A stretch of DNA of 63,997 bases, filler included, from Diploschistes diacapsis (lineage: Eukaryota): assembly GCA_023645945.1 (NCBI GenBank). It is 7 parts of 7 records of this genome, joined end to end, with 100 filler letters (N's around TTAATTAATTAA, not from the genome) between each part and the next. Parts side by side here need not be neighbours in the genome. Positions count along the whole stretch, not along the records: positions 55,068 to 63,997 come from JALAIB010001098.1; 6 more parts are not named here. One strand, written 5' to 3'. Position 1 is the first letter of the stretch. Each line of letters starts with the position of its first letter. This document shows positions 63,932 to 63,997 of this stretch, piece after piece. The position numbers were made by a program, and so were the translations under genes. The notes beneath the pieces were generated by a model. It searched no databases. It was not told the origin of the DNA and was given only the letters and a program-made list of their open reading frames with translations.

Positions 63932-63997
63932 CTGTGGAAAGGAGAGGGATGTTAGTTCGCGCATGAGGGGGTGGAAGGACGGGGGAAAGGAAGGGAA

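Noticed and set aside
63139..63966. 275-aa plus-strand ORF
   Set aside because: Antisense to the BTB gene.

Overview
Filamentous ascomycete (Pezizomycotina) DNA with short GT-AG introns and CTRAC branch points. The window is not contiguous. It consists of seven ~9-kb contigs joined by identical artificial 100-nt spacers (44 N + TTAATTAATTAA + 44 N), apparently ordered by length, so gene order across spacers is meaningless. Housekeeping genes are a Meu6-like PH protein, a HotDog thioesterase, VMA5, MET14 (partial), a Nyv1/VAMP7 R-SNARE, tRNA-Gly(TCC), Puf3, Pol5, a fungal TF-domain gene and a BTB gene. Decayed genes include a NACHT-TPR NLR, a quercetinase and two fungal-specific families. The most interesting part is the AT-rich contig at 27559-36633, which the ORF track shows as almost empty. 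Reading through its RIP-type stops by hand gives a stand-alone Cyr1-type class III adenylyl cyclase catalytic domain, a protein kinase N-lobe, a possible SesA/HeLo-like helical ORF, an unknown ORF, and a gene fusing two CCCH zinc fingers to a DXO/Rai1-like nuclease domain. I found no transposase or RT motifs there. It looks like a RIP-inactivated, formerly multicopy accessory signalling/RNA-defence cargo island. All family assignments come from motif recognition by eye, not database searches.
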